From: Octopus sinensis
Lineage: Eukaryota
Direction: 5' to 3'
NCBI RefSeq assembly: GCF_006345805.1
Contig: NC_043017.1
Span: forward strand, 9,548,001 to 9,612,000
Length of the DNA stretch: 64,000 nucleotides
Position 1 is the stretch's first letter. Each line of letters starts with the position of its first letter. Both the position numbers and the translations under genes were made by a program. Positions 25,842 through 39,950 of the stretch are shown here, in pieces. The notes under the pieces were generated by a model. The model worked only from the letters and a program-made list of their open reading frames with translations, did not search any database and was not told the origin of the DNA.

Positions 25842-27251
25842 GTATGTATATATGATGTGTCTGTGTTTATCATGCTCTCCCTGAGTGCTTGACAACAAGA
25901 GCTGATTTATGTAAATCCTTGTAGCACTTTGGCAAAAGAGACTGAAAGAACAACAGCCAGTCTTTAAAAAAAGAAATGAAAAGAAAAAACAAAAACAAAA
26001 TAGAAGTCCTGGGGTCAATTTATTAACCTTGAGAGATGTTCTCATATAAACATGTGGTGCATAAAAGCACAGATATACATTGTCAGCAGATGAAATTCAT
26101 CTGGTATGGGAGTAATAACTGCCAGATCACATGATTTCCGTATACTGCACTTCTTCAGTGACAGACCTTTAAAGGCACTGCTCCAGCATGGTTGCAGTCC
26201 AGTGATTGAAACAAGTAAAAGATATAAGTAAAGATAAGAAAGACTTATTCATTTTCACCTATTAGTTCCACCACTTAGAGAAATAAATATATGCAAATTT
26301 AAAATTACACAGATTTTAATTATGGTATCATCAATGAATGGTAGAAATAGTAAAAGTGACAGATAAAAAATACCTTGTAGTGTTTGGTTCATTCCTTTTC
26401 CTTTCTGAGTTCAAGTCCCGGTGATGTTCAATTTTGCATTTCATTCTTCAAGTGGTGGAAAAAGCAGGTGAATGGATGAATGACATTGTTAAAATAAAAT
26501 ACCTGCTAAATACTAGGGGTTGATCTGTTTAATATTAACTGTACACTCCTCTCACCCCAAAAATGTATGGCCTACTTCTTGTGACCAATCTTACAATCCA
26601 TCATAGTTAGACTTATCTTTGAATACACAATTTTATTACAGTGATTTTTTCTTGCATATGTATATATATATATATATTTCTTTATATCCAGCTTAACGTG
26701 GATGTCTTGTTGGAACACTGAATTCTGTGGTATTAACCTTGAGAGGTCTTCTCATATAAACACATGATGCATAAAAGCACAGATATACATTGATAGCAGA
26801 TGAAATTCATCTGGTATGGGTGTTGTAGCTGTCAGATCACATGATTTCCGTGTACTGTACCTCTTCAGTGGCAGGCTTCTGGTGACCACATACCAGCCAA
26901 CTCTCTCTATCACAGCATATAGAACTACAGTGACTTTTCAGTCACTGATGTATCAAATAATCAGCAAGTACATTAAAAAATAATTATAAGGGATGGGATC
27001 AGTATTAACACCCAAAAGGTAATCTTTATATCCAATATTCAATCCATAGCTTAACAAAATATATTCTGCTTCACCTATGGCTCACCGGGACTGTTCCCAA
27101 TGTGCCATGGGTGAAAGAGAACATATTTTGTGCACTAATGATTGTGGATTAAATATTCTTAACCACTGTCAGATTTTTCTTTGAATTCTTTATTCTAAGC
27201 AGCCAGATATAGCTTCTTTTTGCCTTTGTCACCCCCTTGAATATATATAGG

Positions 27252-27283
<32 letters not shown>

Positions 27284-27291
27284 ATAGATAT

Positions 27292-27335
<44 letters not shown>

Positions 27336-27719
27336 TGTGTATGTATGTGTGTGTATATATTATGAAAGACCATGTATAATATGTTATCCTGTATGATGCG
27401 CAACTTGATTTCGAGGTCTAAGTTGTCTTAAAACCCTGCAATATGATGTGCAGCATGTTGTGTTGTGTATAATTTCGAAGTCACTGTTAAACTTTTCCTT
27501 GTAAAAAATTCATAAATAAATATGTATTCTATTAAAAATTGTCGAGTAACCTTTCAATTTGATGTTAAATTGTTTTAAAATCATGGGTCGACATAAAAAC
27601 GAAAGGCAGCAAACTGACAGAATTGATAAGAGCATCAGATAAAATGCCTGGTGGTATTTCTTGCAACGCATTACGTTCTGAGTTCAAATTCCACCAGGAT
27701 CAAAAAGACACAAAAAAAA

Positions 27720-28125
27720 AGGAGTGGCTGTGTGGTAAATAGCTTGTTTACCAACCACATGGTTCCGGGTTCAGTCCCACTGCGTGGCACCTTGGGCAAG
27801 TGTTTTCTACTATAGCCTCGGGCCACCGACCAAAGCCTTGTGAGTGAATTTGGTAGACGGAAACTGAAAGAAGCCTGTTGTATATATGTATATATATATA
27901 TGTGTGTGTTTGTTGTCTGTGTTTGTCTCCCCAACATCGCTTGACAACCGATGCTGATGTGTTTACCTCCCCGTAACTTAGTGGTTCAGCAAAAGAGACC
28001 GATAGAAAAAGTACTAGGCTTACAAAGAATAAGTCCTGGGGTTGGTTTGCTTGACTTAAGGCGGTGCTCCAGCATGGCCGCAGTCAAATGACTGAAACAA
28101 GTAAAAGAGTAAAGAGTAAAAGAGA
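27720..28125 (+). mobile_element. tRNA-derived CORE-like SINE family B; copies 598-760, 9040-9330, 31340-31700, 47750-48160(-), 59009-59735
   Basis: tggctgtgtggtaa...ggttcagtcccactgcgtggcaccttgggcaagtg...ggtgctccagcatggccgcagtcaaatgactgaaacaagtaaaaga repeated. Confidence 0.9.
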
Positions 28126-28547
28126 AGAGTCAAGAACTGAACTCAATGGTTTAACACCCTCTCCTTAAAATTGCTGGCCTTGTGCCAAAATTTGAAATAG
28201 TGTGTGTGTGTGTTGTGTGTGTGTGTGTGTGTGTGTGAGTGTGTGTGTAAAATACAAAAGAATAGGAATAGTGAAATGCAGGCAAATACTTTCTAAGCAC
28301 TCAGTAGTGACACAATTTGGCTAACTAAATCAACGGGAGTGGAAGCTCTCAGCAATATGTGCTGATGCTGATTTTCTAGATCTATGTAATACTATTGTCA
28401 CTTGACTATGACTTGGTTAATGGGAAGACTTAAGGCATCATTGTATTATGTAACGTTAGCTCATCTGAAACGTGCATAAGCAAATTATGAACTAAAAATG
28501 TGTAATTCTCCATTCTGCTTTGTGTTATATATATATATATATATTTA

Positions 28548-28820
28548 TCGGGCTGCGTGTTGTGTTCTTGAGCAAGACACTTTATTTCACGTTGCTCCAG
28601 TTCACTCAGCTGTAGTAATGAGTTGCGACGTCACAGGTACCAGGCTGTATCGACCTTTGTCTTTCCCTTGGATAACACTGGTGGCGTGGAGAGGGGAGGC
28701 CGGTATGCATGGGCGACTACTGGTCTTCCATAAAACAACCTTGCCCAGACTTGTGCCTCAGAGGGTAACTCTCTAGGTGCAAACCCATGGTCACTCATGA
28801 CCGAAGGGGGTCTTTACTTT
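28548..28820 (+). mobile_element. SINE family E (ttgagcaagacactt...gttgctccagt.cactcagc core); copies 54000-54356(-), 58665-58800(+), 36510-36635(+)
   Basis: Shared core sequence in several copies. Confidence 0.75.
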
Positions 28821-29134
28821 TATATATATATATATTGTCTCCAAAATTGCAAAAGTAAAACAAATGCATATATATGTAGCTAGAGACATGCTACACATAT
28901 ATACACGATGTGATTTTTATAATTATGATAAAATTTTTTTTTTTTAAATTGTCTTCTGGTTTCTGAAAGTTCTATTCAAAGTAAACAGCTCTTATTATTA
29001 CACCATTTGAAATGTATTCAGTTTAACAATAAAAGTGTTTGGTTTTTTTCCCTGGCTTAGTCTTGTTTTTTTCAAAATTTATACCTTTTTGAGCCAACAA
29101 GGGAAGCTCAATGCTGGACTTTTACTTCTTCCTC

Positions 29135-30250
29135 ACCACCAAAACCACCACCACCACCACCACCACCACCACCACCACCACCACCACCACAACACCATCA
29201 ACATCACGACCACCATCATCCTCACCACCATCACCACCATCACCCCCACCATCACCACCATCAACATCATCAACATCATGACCACTGCCCTTGCCATCAT
29301 CCTCACCACTATCACCACCACCACCACCACCACCAACACCATCAACATCACGACCACCAGCCTCGCCACTACCATCATCCTCACCACCACCATCACCACC
29401 ACTACCACCACCATCACCACCATCAACATCATGACCACTGCCCTTGCCATCATCCTCACCACTATCACCACCACCACCACCACCACCACCACCACCACTA
29501 CCACCACCACCACAACCACCATCAACATCACGACCACCACCCTCGCCACTACCATCATCCTCACCACCACCATCACCACCATCAACATCATGACCACTGC
29601 CCTTGCCATCATCCTCACCACTATCACCACCACCACCACCACCACCACCACCACCACCATCAACATCACGACCACCAGCCTCGCCACTACCATCATCCTC
29701 ACCACCACCATCACCACCATACCACCACCATCACCACCATCAACATCATGACCACTGCCCTTGCCATCATCCTCACCACTATCACCACCACCACCACCAC
29801 ACCACCACAACCACCATCAACATCACGACCACCACCCTCGCCACTACCATCATCCTCACCACCACCATCACCACCATCAACATCATGACCACTGCCCTTG
29901 CCATCATCCTCACCACTATCACCACCACCACCACCACCACCACCACCACCACCATCAACATCACGACCACCACCCTCGCCACTACCATCATCCTCACCAC
30001 CACCATCACCACCATCAACATCATGACCACTGCCCTTGCCATCATCCTCACCACTATCACCACCACCACCACCACCACCACCACCACCACCACCACCATC
30101 AACATCACGACCACCACCCTCGCCACTACCATCATCCTCACCACCACCATCACCACCATCAACATCATGACCACTGCCCTTGCCATCATCCTCACCACCA
30201 CCACCACCATCACCACCATCAACATCAACAACATCATGACCACCATCATC
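29135..30250. repeat. (ACC)-based higher-order minisatellite, ~120-bp unit x ~8
   Basis: Unit accatcaacatcacgaccacc...accatcaacatcatgaccactgcccttgccatcatcctcaccactatc repeated with variable (ACC)n spacers. Confidence 0.9.
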
Positions 30251-30875
30251 TAACGCTTCTCTTCTTCCTGGCTGGCATGAGTTTGCACTCCGTAACATCA
30301 ATAACAACAGCAAGAATAAAAATAAGGATTTCTTTTATTGACTTACAATGTTACTGAAGGAAACTGGATTTACTCAAAGAATAGGGATACGAAAGGGGGG
30401 AGGGGCAACATCTGATGTGGGGGAGGGGTAACATTTTCACAATCAAAATGAAAGCCATCACTTTAAAAACCAAAATGGCAGTGAAACGGAAATAAGGAAA
30501 ATGATGGAGAAAAAACCATAATGATAGAGAAATATAAGTAAATATGGAGGGGAGGGGGAGAAGAGATAATGATAGGGGAGGAGAGAAGGAGGAAGGGGAG
30601 GAGGGAAGGAAAGGAAGAGGAGGAAAGAAAAAGGAGAGGAGGAGGGAGAGTGGAAAGTAGGGATAGTGGGAGGAGAGCAAGTAAGAGAGGAAGAAGGAAG
30701 GAAGAAGAAGAAGAAGAAGAAGAAGAAAGAAGAGAAGGAGGAGGAGGAAGAAGAGGAAGAAGAGGAAGAATGAAGAAATGATAATACTGAAAGGTAAACG
30801 GAAGAAACAGTCATTGAAATGCAAAAAAGAAAAATGCAAATAAAATTAAACAAAAGAAACACTTTTGAACGAAGA

Positions 30876-31057
30876 TCATAAAACTGAATGTTTTAAGTCA
30901 TAATCTGGATCTAAGAAGTCTTGCAAAGATTGGTCCTCTCCATAAATATCTTCTTCTTCTTCTCCTTCTTCTACATATTGTTGTTGTTCTTGCTGTTGGT
31001 GTCCTAACCACGGTAACAGGCTATTTATATTGAAGTACATACTGAGAATTTTCAGGC
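30876..31057 (-). CDS. NSMF: NSMF-like terminal exon: (G)LKILSMYFNINSLLPWLGHQQQ...DYDLKHSVL*
   Basis: ttttaag| phase 1. Matches the vertebrate NSMF end pattern QG..MI..YF....W; TGA at 30878-30876. Confidence 0.85.
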
Positions 31058-32064
31058 CTTAAAACAGAAAAGAAAAAAAAAACCCATCTGAGTATTAGTT
31101 ATATAGGAATACAATAGTATGTTCCTACCTACCTACCTACTTTTTGTGAAGTTAGATGAGAGCGTGAGAGAGAAAAAGAGAGGGAGGAAAATAAGGAGAG
31201 TTAGGGAGAGAGAGAAGGAGAAAGAGAGAGAGCGAGGGGCAGAGATGGATAGTGAGAGTCAGAGAAGGAGTGACAAAATCAATGATGTATCTGCTAATTA
31301 TATATGGATGCACAAAAGCTGGACATATAAGACACTAGCCCAAGGTGCCATGCAGTGGTTCAGTCCCACTGCATGGCACCTTGGGCAAGTGTCTTCGTCT
31401 ATAGCCTCAGGCCATCCAAAGCTTTGTGAGTTGATTTGGTACACGGAAACTGAAAGAAGCCCATCGTATATGTGTTTGTGTGTGTGTATGTATATATTCG
31501 TGTGTCTGTTTGCTCCTACCACCATTACTTGACAACTGATGTCAGTGTGCTTATGTTCCCGTAACTCAGCGGTTCGGCAAAAAGACACCGATAAAATAAG
31601 TACTAGGCTTACAAAGAATAAGTCCTGAGGTCAATTTGTTCGACTAAAGGTGGTGCTCCAGCATGGCCGCAGTCAAACGACTGAAACAAGTAAGAGAATA
31701 TCACAAACTGGTGCATTTGGAAGATGGAGAGGGAGAAGATTAATGAGATTAATAGAGAGAGAGAGGGGGAGAGAGAGAGAGAAAAAGGGAGAGGATTCTA
31801 AGAAGTGAGAGGCTAAGCAAAAGAAGGAGTTAGAGTAAACATGCAAGAGAAAGAGGATGAAAACAATAAGAGGGGTGGAGGGGGAGAGAAGGAAGAATAT
31901 AAATACAAAACAAAAGTTGTGCCATCACTGTATCCTTAGTTCCCTTTCTCTCTTTTCCTCCTGTCTCTCTGGATTTGTCAGTGAGGTTGTCTTGTTTGAA
32001 TTTTGTCATAATAGGTAAAAAATAATTATTTTCTTACAAGAATGTCCAGTATTTGTTTACTTAC

Positions 32065-32140
32065 CTTGGCTATTTGAAAAACTGATTGCTTCAACGTGGA
32101 TTCTAAAGGGTTCTAATACCTGCTGTAGATTTTGTTCTAG
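32065..32140 (-). CDS. NSMF: NSMF-like exon: LEQNLQQVLEPFRIHVEAISFSNSQ
   Basis: ctccag| ... G|gtaagt, phase 0 to 1. Resembles human LFQNLRTLMTPYRVTFE (from recall). Confidence 0.85.
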
Positions 32141-32149
32141 CTGGAGATG

Positions 32150-32207
<58 letters not shown>

Positions 32208-32443
32208 AAATAAAAATATTAATAATAATAATAAAAATATTAATAATAATAATAATAATAATAATAATGATAATAATAATAATGATAAAAATATTAATAA
32301 TAATAATAATAATCACATCTCACTCCTCTGGAACTTCACCATTCAAACTGACAGAAAGATAGATTGTGGGGCAACCAGATCAAACTGTTTCAAGTGTAAC
32401 TGCCTGAAACGGTCATGACTTCTACATAGTTTAGATATTATAA

Positions 32444-32481
<38 letters not shown>

Positions 32482-33115
32482 GTGTATTTGTGTGTGTTTT
32501 TGCTTGTTTTTGTTCCCTTGCACCCCCACCCCACCACCACCACAACTATCAATTGACAACTGGCGTTGGTGCATCTACATCCCTACTTAGCAGTGAGGCA
32601 AAAACAAGGGTGATAAAACATGTACCAGACTTTCATCGTTTAACGTCCGCTTTCCATGCTAGCATGGGTTGGACGGTTCAACTGGGGTCTGGGAAGCCCG
32701 AAGGCTGCACCAGGCTCCAGTCAGATCTGGCAGTGTTTCTACAGCTGGATGCCCTTCCTAACGTCAACCACTCCATGAGTGTAGTGAGTGCGTTTTATGT
32801 GCCACCGGCACAGGTGCCAGACGAGGCTGGCGAACGGCCACGCTCGGATGGTGCTTTTTACGTGCCACCGGCACGGGGGCCAGGCCAGGCTAGCACGGCC
32901 ATGATCGGATGGTGTTTGTTACGTGCCACCAGCACGGAGGCCAGTCGATGCGGTGAAAAAAGTGCTGGTGTCTATGTGTTCAACTCCACCAGTTAAGGTG
33001 TTGCCCCAGCATGGCCACAACCCAATAACTTGAAAACAAGTAAAAGATAAAAGATAAAAAAAAGTCCAATAAAATGTAAAATAAAAAAAAAGAGAGCAAA
33101 GACTCCATTGCTTAC

Positions 33116-33218
33116 TGTGCATCCTTGTTGAATGTCTGTGAGTCTTGGCACCAAGATGTGGATGGCAGCAGATTCTTCTTCGAGTTTACTGATTACTTGC
33201 TCAAGAGACTTCCAAAAC
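33116..33218 (-). CDS. NSMF: NSMF-like exon: FWKSLEQVISKLEEESAAIHILVPRLTDIQQGCT
   Basis: ttcag| ... |gtaagc, phase 2 to 0. Resembles human FWKRLSRLMSKVNPEPNVIHI. Confidence 0.9.
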
Positions 33219-34056
33219 CTGAAGAAATTGAAACAGAAAATGATTTTGTCATCATCATCATCATCATTATCATCAATATCATTCCCCAGCACCACCACCA
33301 CCACCACTGCTGCCATCATCATCATGATCATCATGATCATCATGGTCAGCGTCACCACCACCACCACCACCATCACCACCACCACCATCACCACCACCAC
33401 CAACTCTACCACCGCCACCACTATACAATCACCACCACTACCACCACCACCACCACCACCGCACCATCACCACCACCACCGCCACCACCGCACCATCACC
33501 ACCACCACCACTATCACCACAATGATCACCACCACCACCACCTCCACCACTGCTGGCATTATCATCATAATCATCAGCATCTTCATCACTGTTACCACCA
33601 TCGCCACCACCATCACCACAACGACCATTATGACCACCACCACTGTTATTATCATCGTCATCAACTTCATCACCACCACTACGATTATCATCATCATCAC
33701 TTATATTCCAATCATCACCAGTTACACCATCGTCCCGATCACCATCATCCTCACTACCACCACCACCACCACCACCATCTGCACCACTGCCACCACTACT
33801 ATCACCACCCTCTTCCCTTCCTTTTTCTCTTCTCCTCCTTCCCTTCTTCTTCCTCACCACCACCACCACCACCATCTTTATCAGAGTTGTGCATCCTGTG
33901 TGATCTGAACCCTAGACATAGTCCTTTCACTTCCACACCACTCTGACAAACACACATGTTGAACATCACAACATCACTGCTCCTTTTCTGATGGAAACCA
34001 GAAATACCAGAATGGAACCAAACCGAGGGAGGAACATCCAACCCTGCATCACTCAC

Positions 34057-34142
34057 CAGATCAGTGCTTGACAGTCGCTGGTTTTCAACTTCTGTGGAGT
34101 CACAACATGGTTCTTCAGCAAATATATATATCCAGGACCGCC
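34057..34142 (-). CDS. NSMF: NSMF-like exon: GGPGYIYLLKNHVVTPQKLKTSDCQALI(W)
   Basis: gtcag| ... TG|gtgagt, phase 0 to 2. Resembles human GGPGHLYLLKNKVAT. Confidence 0.92.
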
Positions 34143-36357
34143 CTGACAGGGAGAAACGAAATAAAGACTAGAATAATAATCCTTTCTGCTGTTGGCACAA
34201 GGCCTGAAATATGGTGGATAAGGGGCTTAGTTGATTACATCAATCCCAGGGCTCTTCAATGTTGTAAAACAGAGAATTGTCAGGATTAAAACATTGGAGT
34301 TAACGATTATTAAACTTGGGACATAAGAGAATCGGACATTTCATTCGTAATGATCTGATATATATATCAGAGTTTTATCTTGGCCACCGAATAATTGTCA
34401 CATATTATTTTACAGATATATATATATATAACGGGAAGCTTTATGAAAATAGACAAAAGACGAAGGCAGGTTTACGGAAATAAACAAAAGACGAAGGCAG
34501 GTGGAATACAAACAAACAATTGTATTAGTATGGCGCTCAGGAAATATAAATAAAACAAGTCTTTAACATTTCGAGCCTACACTCTTCAACAGAAAGATAC
34601 ACAGAGAAAAAACACAGAAAGAAGGAGAGAAAAAAAATATGCGTGCAGAAGCTAGCGAATCAACATGGCGATCTGATTTCGGCAATGCTGAAGTTTTCTG
34701 TGTATTTGTGTGAACAATTCCATACGACCGCAATTATCTTCTGAACCTTTAATCCAATTTTATAGAGAGCTTCGTCCGCTACCTAGCGGGGCCTGTTGAG
34801 CAGTGCGAGAAGTGAGATGAGTTGTACTCACATGTGTGCTTTACTCAATCAGCTGTTAAGTGCATGCAAAGATCGCACGAAAATGCTGCAGTAATTAGGC
34901 ATGAAAACAAGACGTTTTTTATTGCTGGGCATAAACGTTTTCTTGAGCAAATTTTGGAAAGTTTTGTTTTTACATTGGTTGGTCACGTTAGGGCGGTCAT
35001 TTTGTTATCTTATATAGTCGAGAAAATTTTATTCTTGTATAGTCGTTTTTTATAGGAAGTATAATAATAAAACGAATCTTCTTTTAAGTTGATAATAACT
35101 TTGATTGGCGCTAAAAGATGTGCATCATTCACCTAAATTGTTTGTATTTCGTTTTTATTGGATTCCTGAGCGAAAAAAAGCAGGAATGTGCATTAGTCAC
35201 CTAAATTGTTTGTAGAAAATAATGCAGGGTAGTTTAAACGTGGGTAACGGTTAGGAAAAACGAAAGCATTATCACACTTATTGTATTTCGTTTTTATTGC
35301 ATTCCTGTTTACAAACGTAAGGCGTTGTTTCAGTAAATAAACTGTAAATTGTTTACACTCGGATTTATTTTCCCTCTTTGCACTTAAAATAAAAGGTACG
35401 TTTCTTTGAGATTAATTTTTGGCATATTTCACAACCAACAATTCTTAGACTAATTCTATGTTAAGTTTAACACGTGACTTTGCACTATTTATCGCTTTGT
35501 TCATTATGTTAATACTTGAAAATATTGTGGAGGCGCAATGGCCCAGTGGTTAGGGCAGCGGACTCGCGGTCATAGGATCGCGGTTTCGATTCCCAGACCG
35601 GGCGTTGTGAGTGTTTATTGAGCGAAAACACCTAAAGCTCCACGAGGCTCCGGCAGGGGATGGTGGTGATCCCTGCTGTAATCTTTCACCACAACTTTCT
35701 CTCACTCTTACTTCCTGTTTCTGTTGTGCCTGTATTTCAAGGGGCCAACCTTGTCACTCTCTGTGTCACGCTGAATATCCCCGAGAACTACGTTAAGGGT
35801 ACACGTGTCTGTGGAGTGCTCAGAACGTTAATTTCACGAGCAGGCTGTTCCGTTGATTCGGATCAACCGGAACCCTCGTCGTCGTAACCGACGGAGTGCT
35901 TCCATCCATCCACTTGAAAATATGTTGTTACGTTAACAATATTATGGAAAAGTTCATTTAAGGGTTGGTTAATACATCAAAGACTTGAAAATATTCGATT
36001 TTTGGTCTTTTTGACCACCGTTGGTCCCACGATTTTGTGAGGTTATATTTTCGTTTTATACCACCCGATTTACATTAACAGTGAGGCGGTTTGGAGAACT
36101 TTTGCTTTCCCTATATACTTGCGATTCTCTCTTGTTCAACATCTCAATATATTACCTTAGAAGGGATTTCTGCTTTTACATAGGATAACGGAAGACACAA
36201 GGCTCGCTGAAATAGTGCATGTAAGATGGGCTCCCACACAGTTTCTGTCAGCCAAATTCACTCATAAGGCACAGGTCAGCCCCAGAGCTATCGTAGCAGA
36301 TACTTATTTTTTCTTAATGGAAGAACTATACAAAAGGATGCATTCCAATTGAATTAC

Positions 36358-36416
36358 CTTGCACATCATCAGAAGACATTCTACTTTTTTGCCATCCAAC
36401 TTTCTCTGAATCGCAT
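36358..36416 (-). CDS. NSMF: NSMF-like exon: (D)AIQRKLDGKKVECLLMMCK
   Basis: tttcag| ... |gtaatt, phase 1 to 0. Resembles human EIERKL...KIWKMLIFCQ. Confidence 0.85.
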
Positions 36417-37469
36417 CTGAAAGAAAGGAAAATCAGAATCTCAATGGCCGGATAAATACTTCACTGACCACAGCATCAACAAAAGAAAAAAATCAACCGT
36501 CTAAGATGTTGTTTAGTGGTTAGAAGGTTGCATTCATGATCTTAAGCTCATAGTTTCAATTCCCTGGTTGGGCAGTGGATTATGATCTTGAGCAAGACAC
36601 TTCATTTCACGTTGCTCCAGTCCACTCAGCTGTAGAATACCATCATGATTCGGACCAGTGCACACATTGCATTTACTGTTGAAGCGTTTATCTAGTATGA
36701 TGAACCCTGGAGGAGTTTTTGCCACACCGTGTACAAAACAAGCTCTAGATTTCAACAAAACATAAGGAGAATAACAGTGAAATACAATGTGCAGCAGAAA
36801 AACCTCCCATATTTTATAGGTCCATTGTCAAAGTACTAGTAAAGTTAGATTTGTGGTGATAGAGTCTTCATGTAGCTAATGTTTTACCATTTCTTTAGGT
36901 ACCATCATTATTTGCATAATGGCATTTTGGTTGTTGTTAAGATGTTTATTAAAAATGGAAAATCTGGTGGGGCTTTTTGTTTTTTTGCCATGTCTTGTGT
37001 AAGACAAATTCTGAATTTGTCGAGGCAGATTTTTTCTACAGCTGGATGCCTTTCCTGTTACTAACCCTCATCTGTTTCCAAGCAAGTTGATATTTTCTCA
37101 TGGCCAGACATGTTTTGGAAACAAGCAATATTGCTTATATGATGATTACTCATTTACAATCATGATGTCATGAGAAGGACACACACACACCACAAATATG
37201 TTTGATGGGCTTCTTTCAGTTTCTATCTACCAAATCCATTCACAAGGCTTTGGCCAGCCCAGAGATATAGTAGAAGGCACTTGCCCAGGGTGCCACGTTA
37301 TGGGATTGAACCTGAGACGACATAGCTGCAAAGCAAACATCTTAACCATACAGCTAAAATTTTGAACACGGTTCACAGATTTCTTAGGGTCCACAGACCC
37401 TCAAATTAGAAACTTGCTAATCTTTATTATCCCAAAGCCAAACAGCAATAGAAGAGACATGTAACTCAC

Positions 37470-37503
37470 CAATTAGATCTGTCGTTGAAAAGTTATCATA
37501 ATC
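37470..37503 (-). CDS. NSMF: NSMF-like 34-nt exon: DYDNFSTTDLI
   Basis: Strong polypyrimidine tract ttttcag| ... G|gtgagt, phase 0 to 1. Confidence 0.85.
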
Positions 37504-37679
37504 CTGAAAAAGAAAAAAAAAAGAAACAAAATTTAAACAACAAAAACATCCAAATACAACAAGACAGGGGTTTAAGGGTCTTGCTGTGCAATGCATGTGA
37601 TACATCTCGCCTGGTTTATCATGGGGGTTGGATTCGATCCAGAAAATGTTGTGACACATGAAGCATCTCACTACATTAA

Positions 37680-37850
37680 GCATATGGAGCGTATGATAGA
37701 TTCATTGACACCAAACTTGCGGCCCACAGCAGCAAAGTTTCCCTAATCATCTATTTTCATGGTCGTTTCCATCTTTTCTGATTGAAAATACATTTGTCTG
37801 TGTCATTTGTTGGGATCAAGCGCCTTTGTAAATTTTCTGTCCACTGGTCC
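37680..37850 (-). mobile_element. Decayed pogo/Tigger transposase N-terminal (CENP-B-type HTH) fragment
   Basis: Minus frame ...EKMETTMKIDD*GNFAAVGRKFGVNESIIRSI with stops; the A.GRKFGVNES..R.I pattern is typical of Tigger HTH. Confidence 0.6.
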
Positions 37851-38777
37851 CATGTTGATGGTATACAAGTATATAAAGCGGCGAGCTGGTAGAAACGTTA
37901 GCACGCCGGGCGAAATGCGTAGCCGTATTTCGTCTGCCGTTACGTTCTGAGTTCAAATTCCGCCAAGGTCGACTTTGCCTTTCATCCTTTCGGGGTTGAT
38001 AAATTAAGGACCAGTTACGTACTGGGGTCGATGTAATCGGCTTAATCCGTTTGTCTGTCCTTGTTTGTCCCCTCTGAGTTTAGCCCCTTGTGGGTAGTAA
38101 AGAAAGAAGCCTGTTGTATATACATATATATATGTTTGTGTGTCTGTGTTTATCCCCCCACCATCGCTTGACAAGCGATGTTAGTGTGTTTACATCCCCG
38201 TAACATAGCGGTTCGGCAAAAGGAATCGATAGAATAAGTACTAGGTTTACAACGAATAAGTCCTGGGGTCGATTCGTTGGACTAAAGGTGGTGCTCCGGC
38301 ATGGTCGCAGTCAAATGACTGAAACCAGTAAAAGAATAATAAAAAAAGGATATCGGTACCCCAGCATGACCACAGCTCATGAGCTGAAACTAGAATCAAT
38401 CATATATATATATATAGATAGATAGATAGATAGATAGATAACACGCATTCACAAATACACACTCAAGCACGCGCATACACGTTTTCTGTTGTAGCAATTT
38501 GTATGTTAGTGACAATTATATAAATGTTCATAATTTATAGGGATGAGTTTAATTTTTCTTTGTTTATAAGTTTTATTTTTTGGTCAATTAATCCCGAAAG
38601 TACAGTGGAAAAAAAAAAATAATTGTAAAGGTAGATAACTCTCTTTAGCTAATTTATCTCTGTTCTATTTATCTCCCCTGTTTCAGTAACTGTTTTACAA
38701 CTTACGTTAGGCAGAACCATTTAGAAATCGTTTCTTTTTCTCCTTTTATGCAAACTGCCAAATTTAGCTGGAGCATC

Positions 38778-38815
<38 letters not shown>

Positions 38816-39902
38816 GTACGCAAGCACGCGTGCTTGCGTACACACACACACATACACACTCACACCCACACACACAGACACACAGACACACGCACACACA
38901 CACATATACACACATACACACATGCACACACGCACACACACACACATGCACACATGCACACATGCACACACACACACATGCACACATGCACACGCACACA
39001 CGCACACATGGACACACGCACACATGCACACACGCACACACGCACACACGCACACACGCACACATGCACACATGCACACACACACACATACACACATACA
39101 TACATACATACATACATACATACATACATACATACATACATACATACATACATACATGTATATGGGTCGTGCCGAACTCTAACGGTGGAGGGGAGCCGTG
39201 GAAGAGTTTGAACCAGAAAGATATTGGACGTGGTGGTGAAGCATGATATTCAAATGTTGGGCCTCACGGAGGTAATGACAAGGGACCGAGGCCTTTAGTG
39301 ATGTGCCGTGCCTGAGAAGACCCGACAAGCCGAGTGAAATCACAGTCATTTATCGATGCCAGTGTAGCATAACTGGCACGTAAAAAGCACCCTTCGAATG
39401 TTGGGCGATATGCTGTGCTTTGGTAATATACAATGACGGAGAAGAATGTCAAGCCAAGTGAGATGGTTGTTATGGTCAATGGCAATGTTGCGTAACTGGT
39501 ACTCGTGCTGATGGCATGTAAAAAGCAGCGACTACATTATAGGAGTGGTTGGCGTGAGGATGGGCATTCAGTCGTAGACACAGCCAAATCAGACTGGAAT
39601 TTGGCGCAGCTCCCCAGCTTGCCATGTTTTCAGCCAAACTGTCCAACCCATGTCAGCATGGAAAATGGACGTTAAATGATGCTGATGATGATGATGATCA
39701 TCATCATCATTATCATCATCGTTTAACGTCCGCTTTCCATGCTAGCATGGGTTGGACGATTTTGACTGAGGGCTGGCGAACCAGATGGTTGCACCAGGCT
39801 CCAATCTTGATTTGGCATAGTTTCTACAGCTGGATGCCCTTCCTAACGCCAACCACTCCGAGAGTGTAGTGGGTGCTTTTTACGTGCCGATACATACATA
39901 TG

Positions 39903-39950
<48 letters not shown>

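Noticed and set aside
26130-26160. CUGAAGA...GGAAA on the minus strand as a hammerhead (also ~26840-26870)
   Set aside because: No convincing stems I/III or properly placed cleavage triplet.
29603-30357. His-rich ORF as a cephalopod histidine-rich structural (beak-type) protein
   Set aside because: No signal peptide, splice support or credible start; explained by the (ACC) minisatellite.
33125-33946. 273-aa His-rich plus-strand ORF
   Set aside because: Antisense to a real NSMF-like exon and then runs through (CAC/CAT)n simple repeats.
35527-35605. tRNA-like sequence (also 57857-57935)
   Set aside because: It continues into a shared SINE body; a SINE head, not a tRNA gene.
37470-37503. DYDNFSTTDLIG looked like a C2-domain Ca2+ loop (synaptotagmin-like)
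   Set aside because: Splice phase makes the next residue D, and the flanking exons assemble into the NSMF domain.
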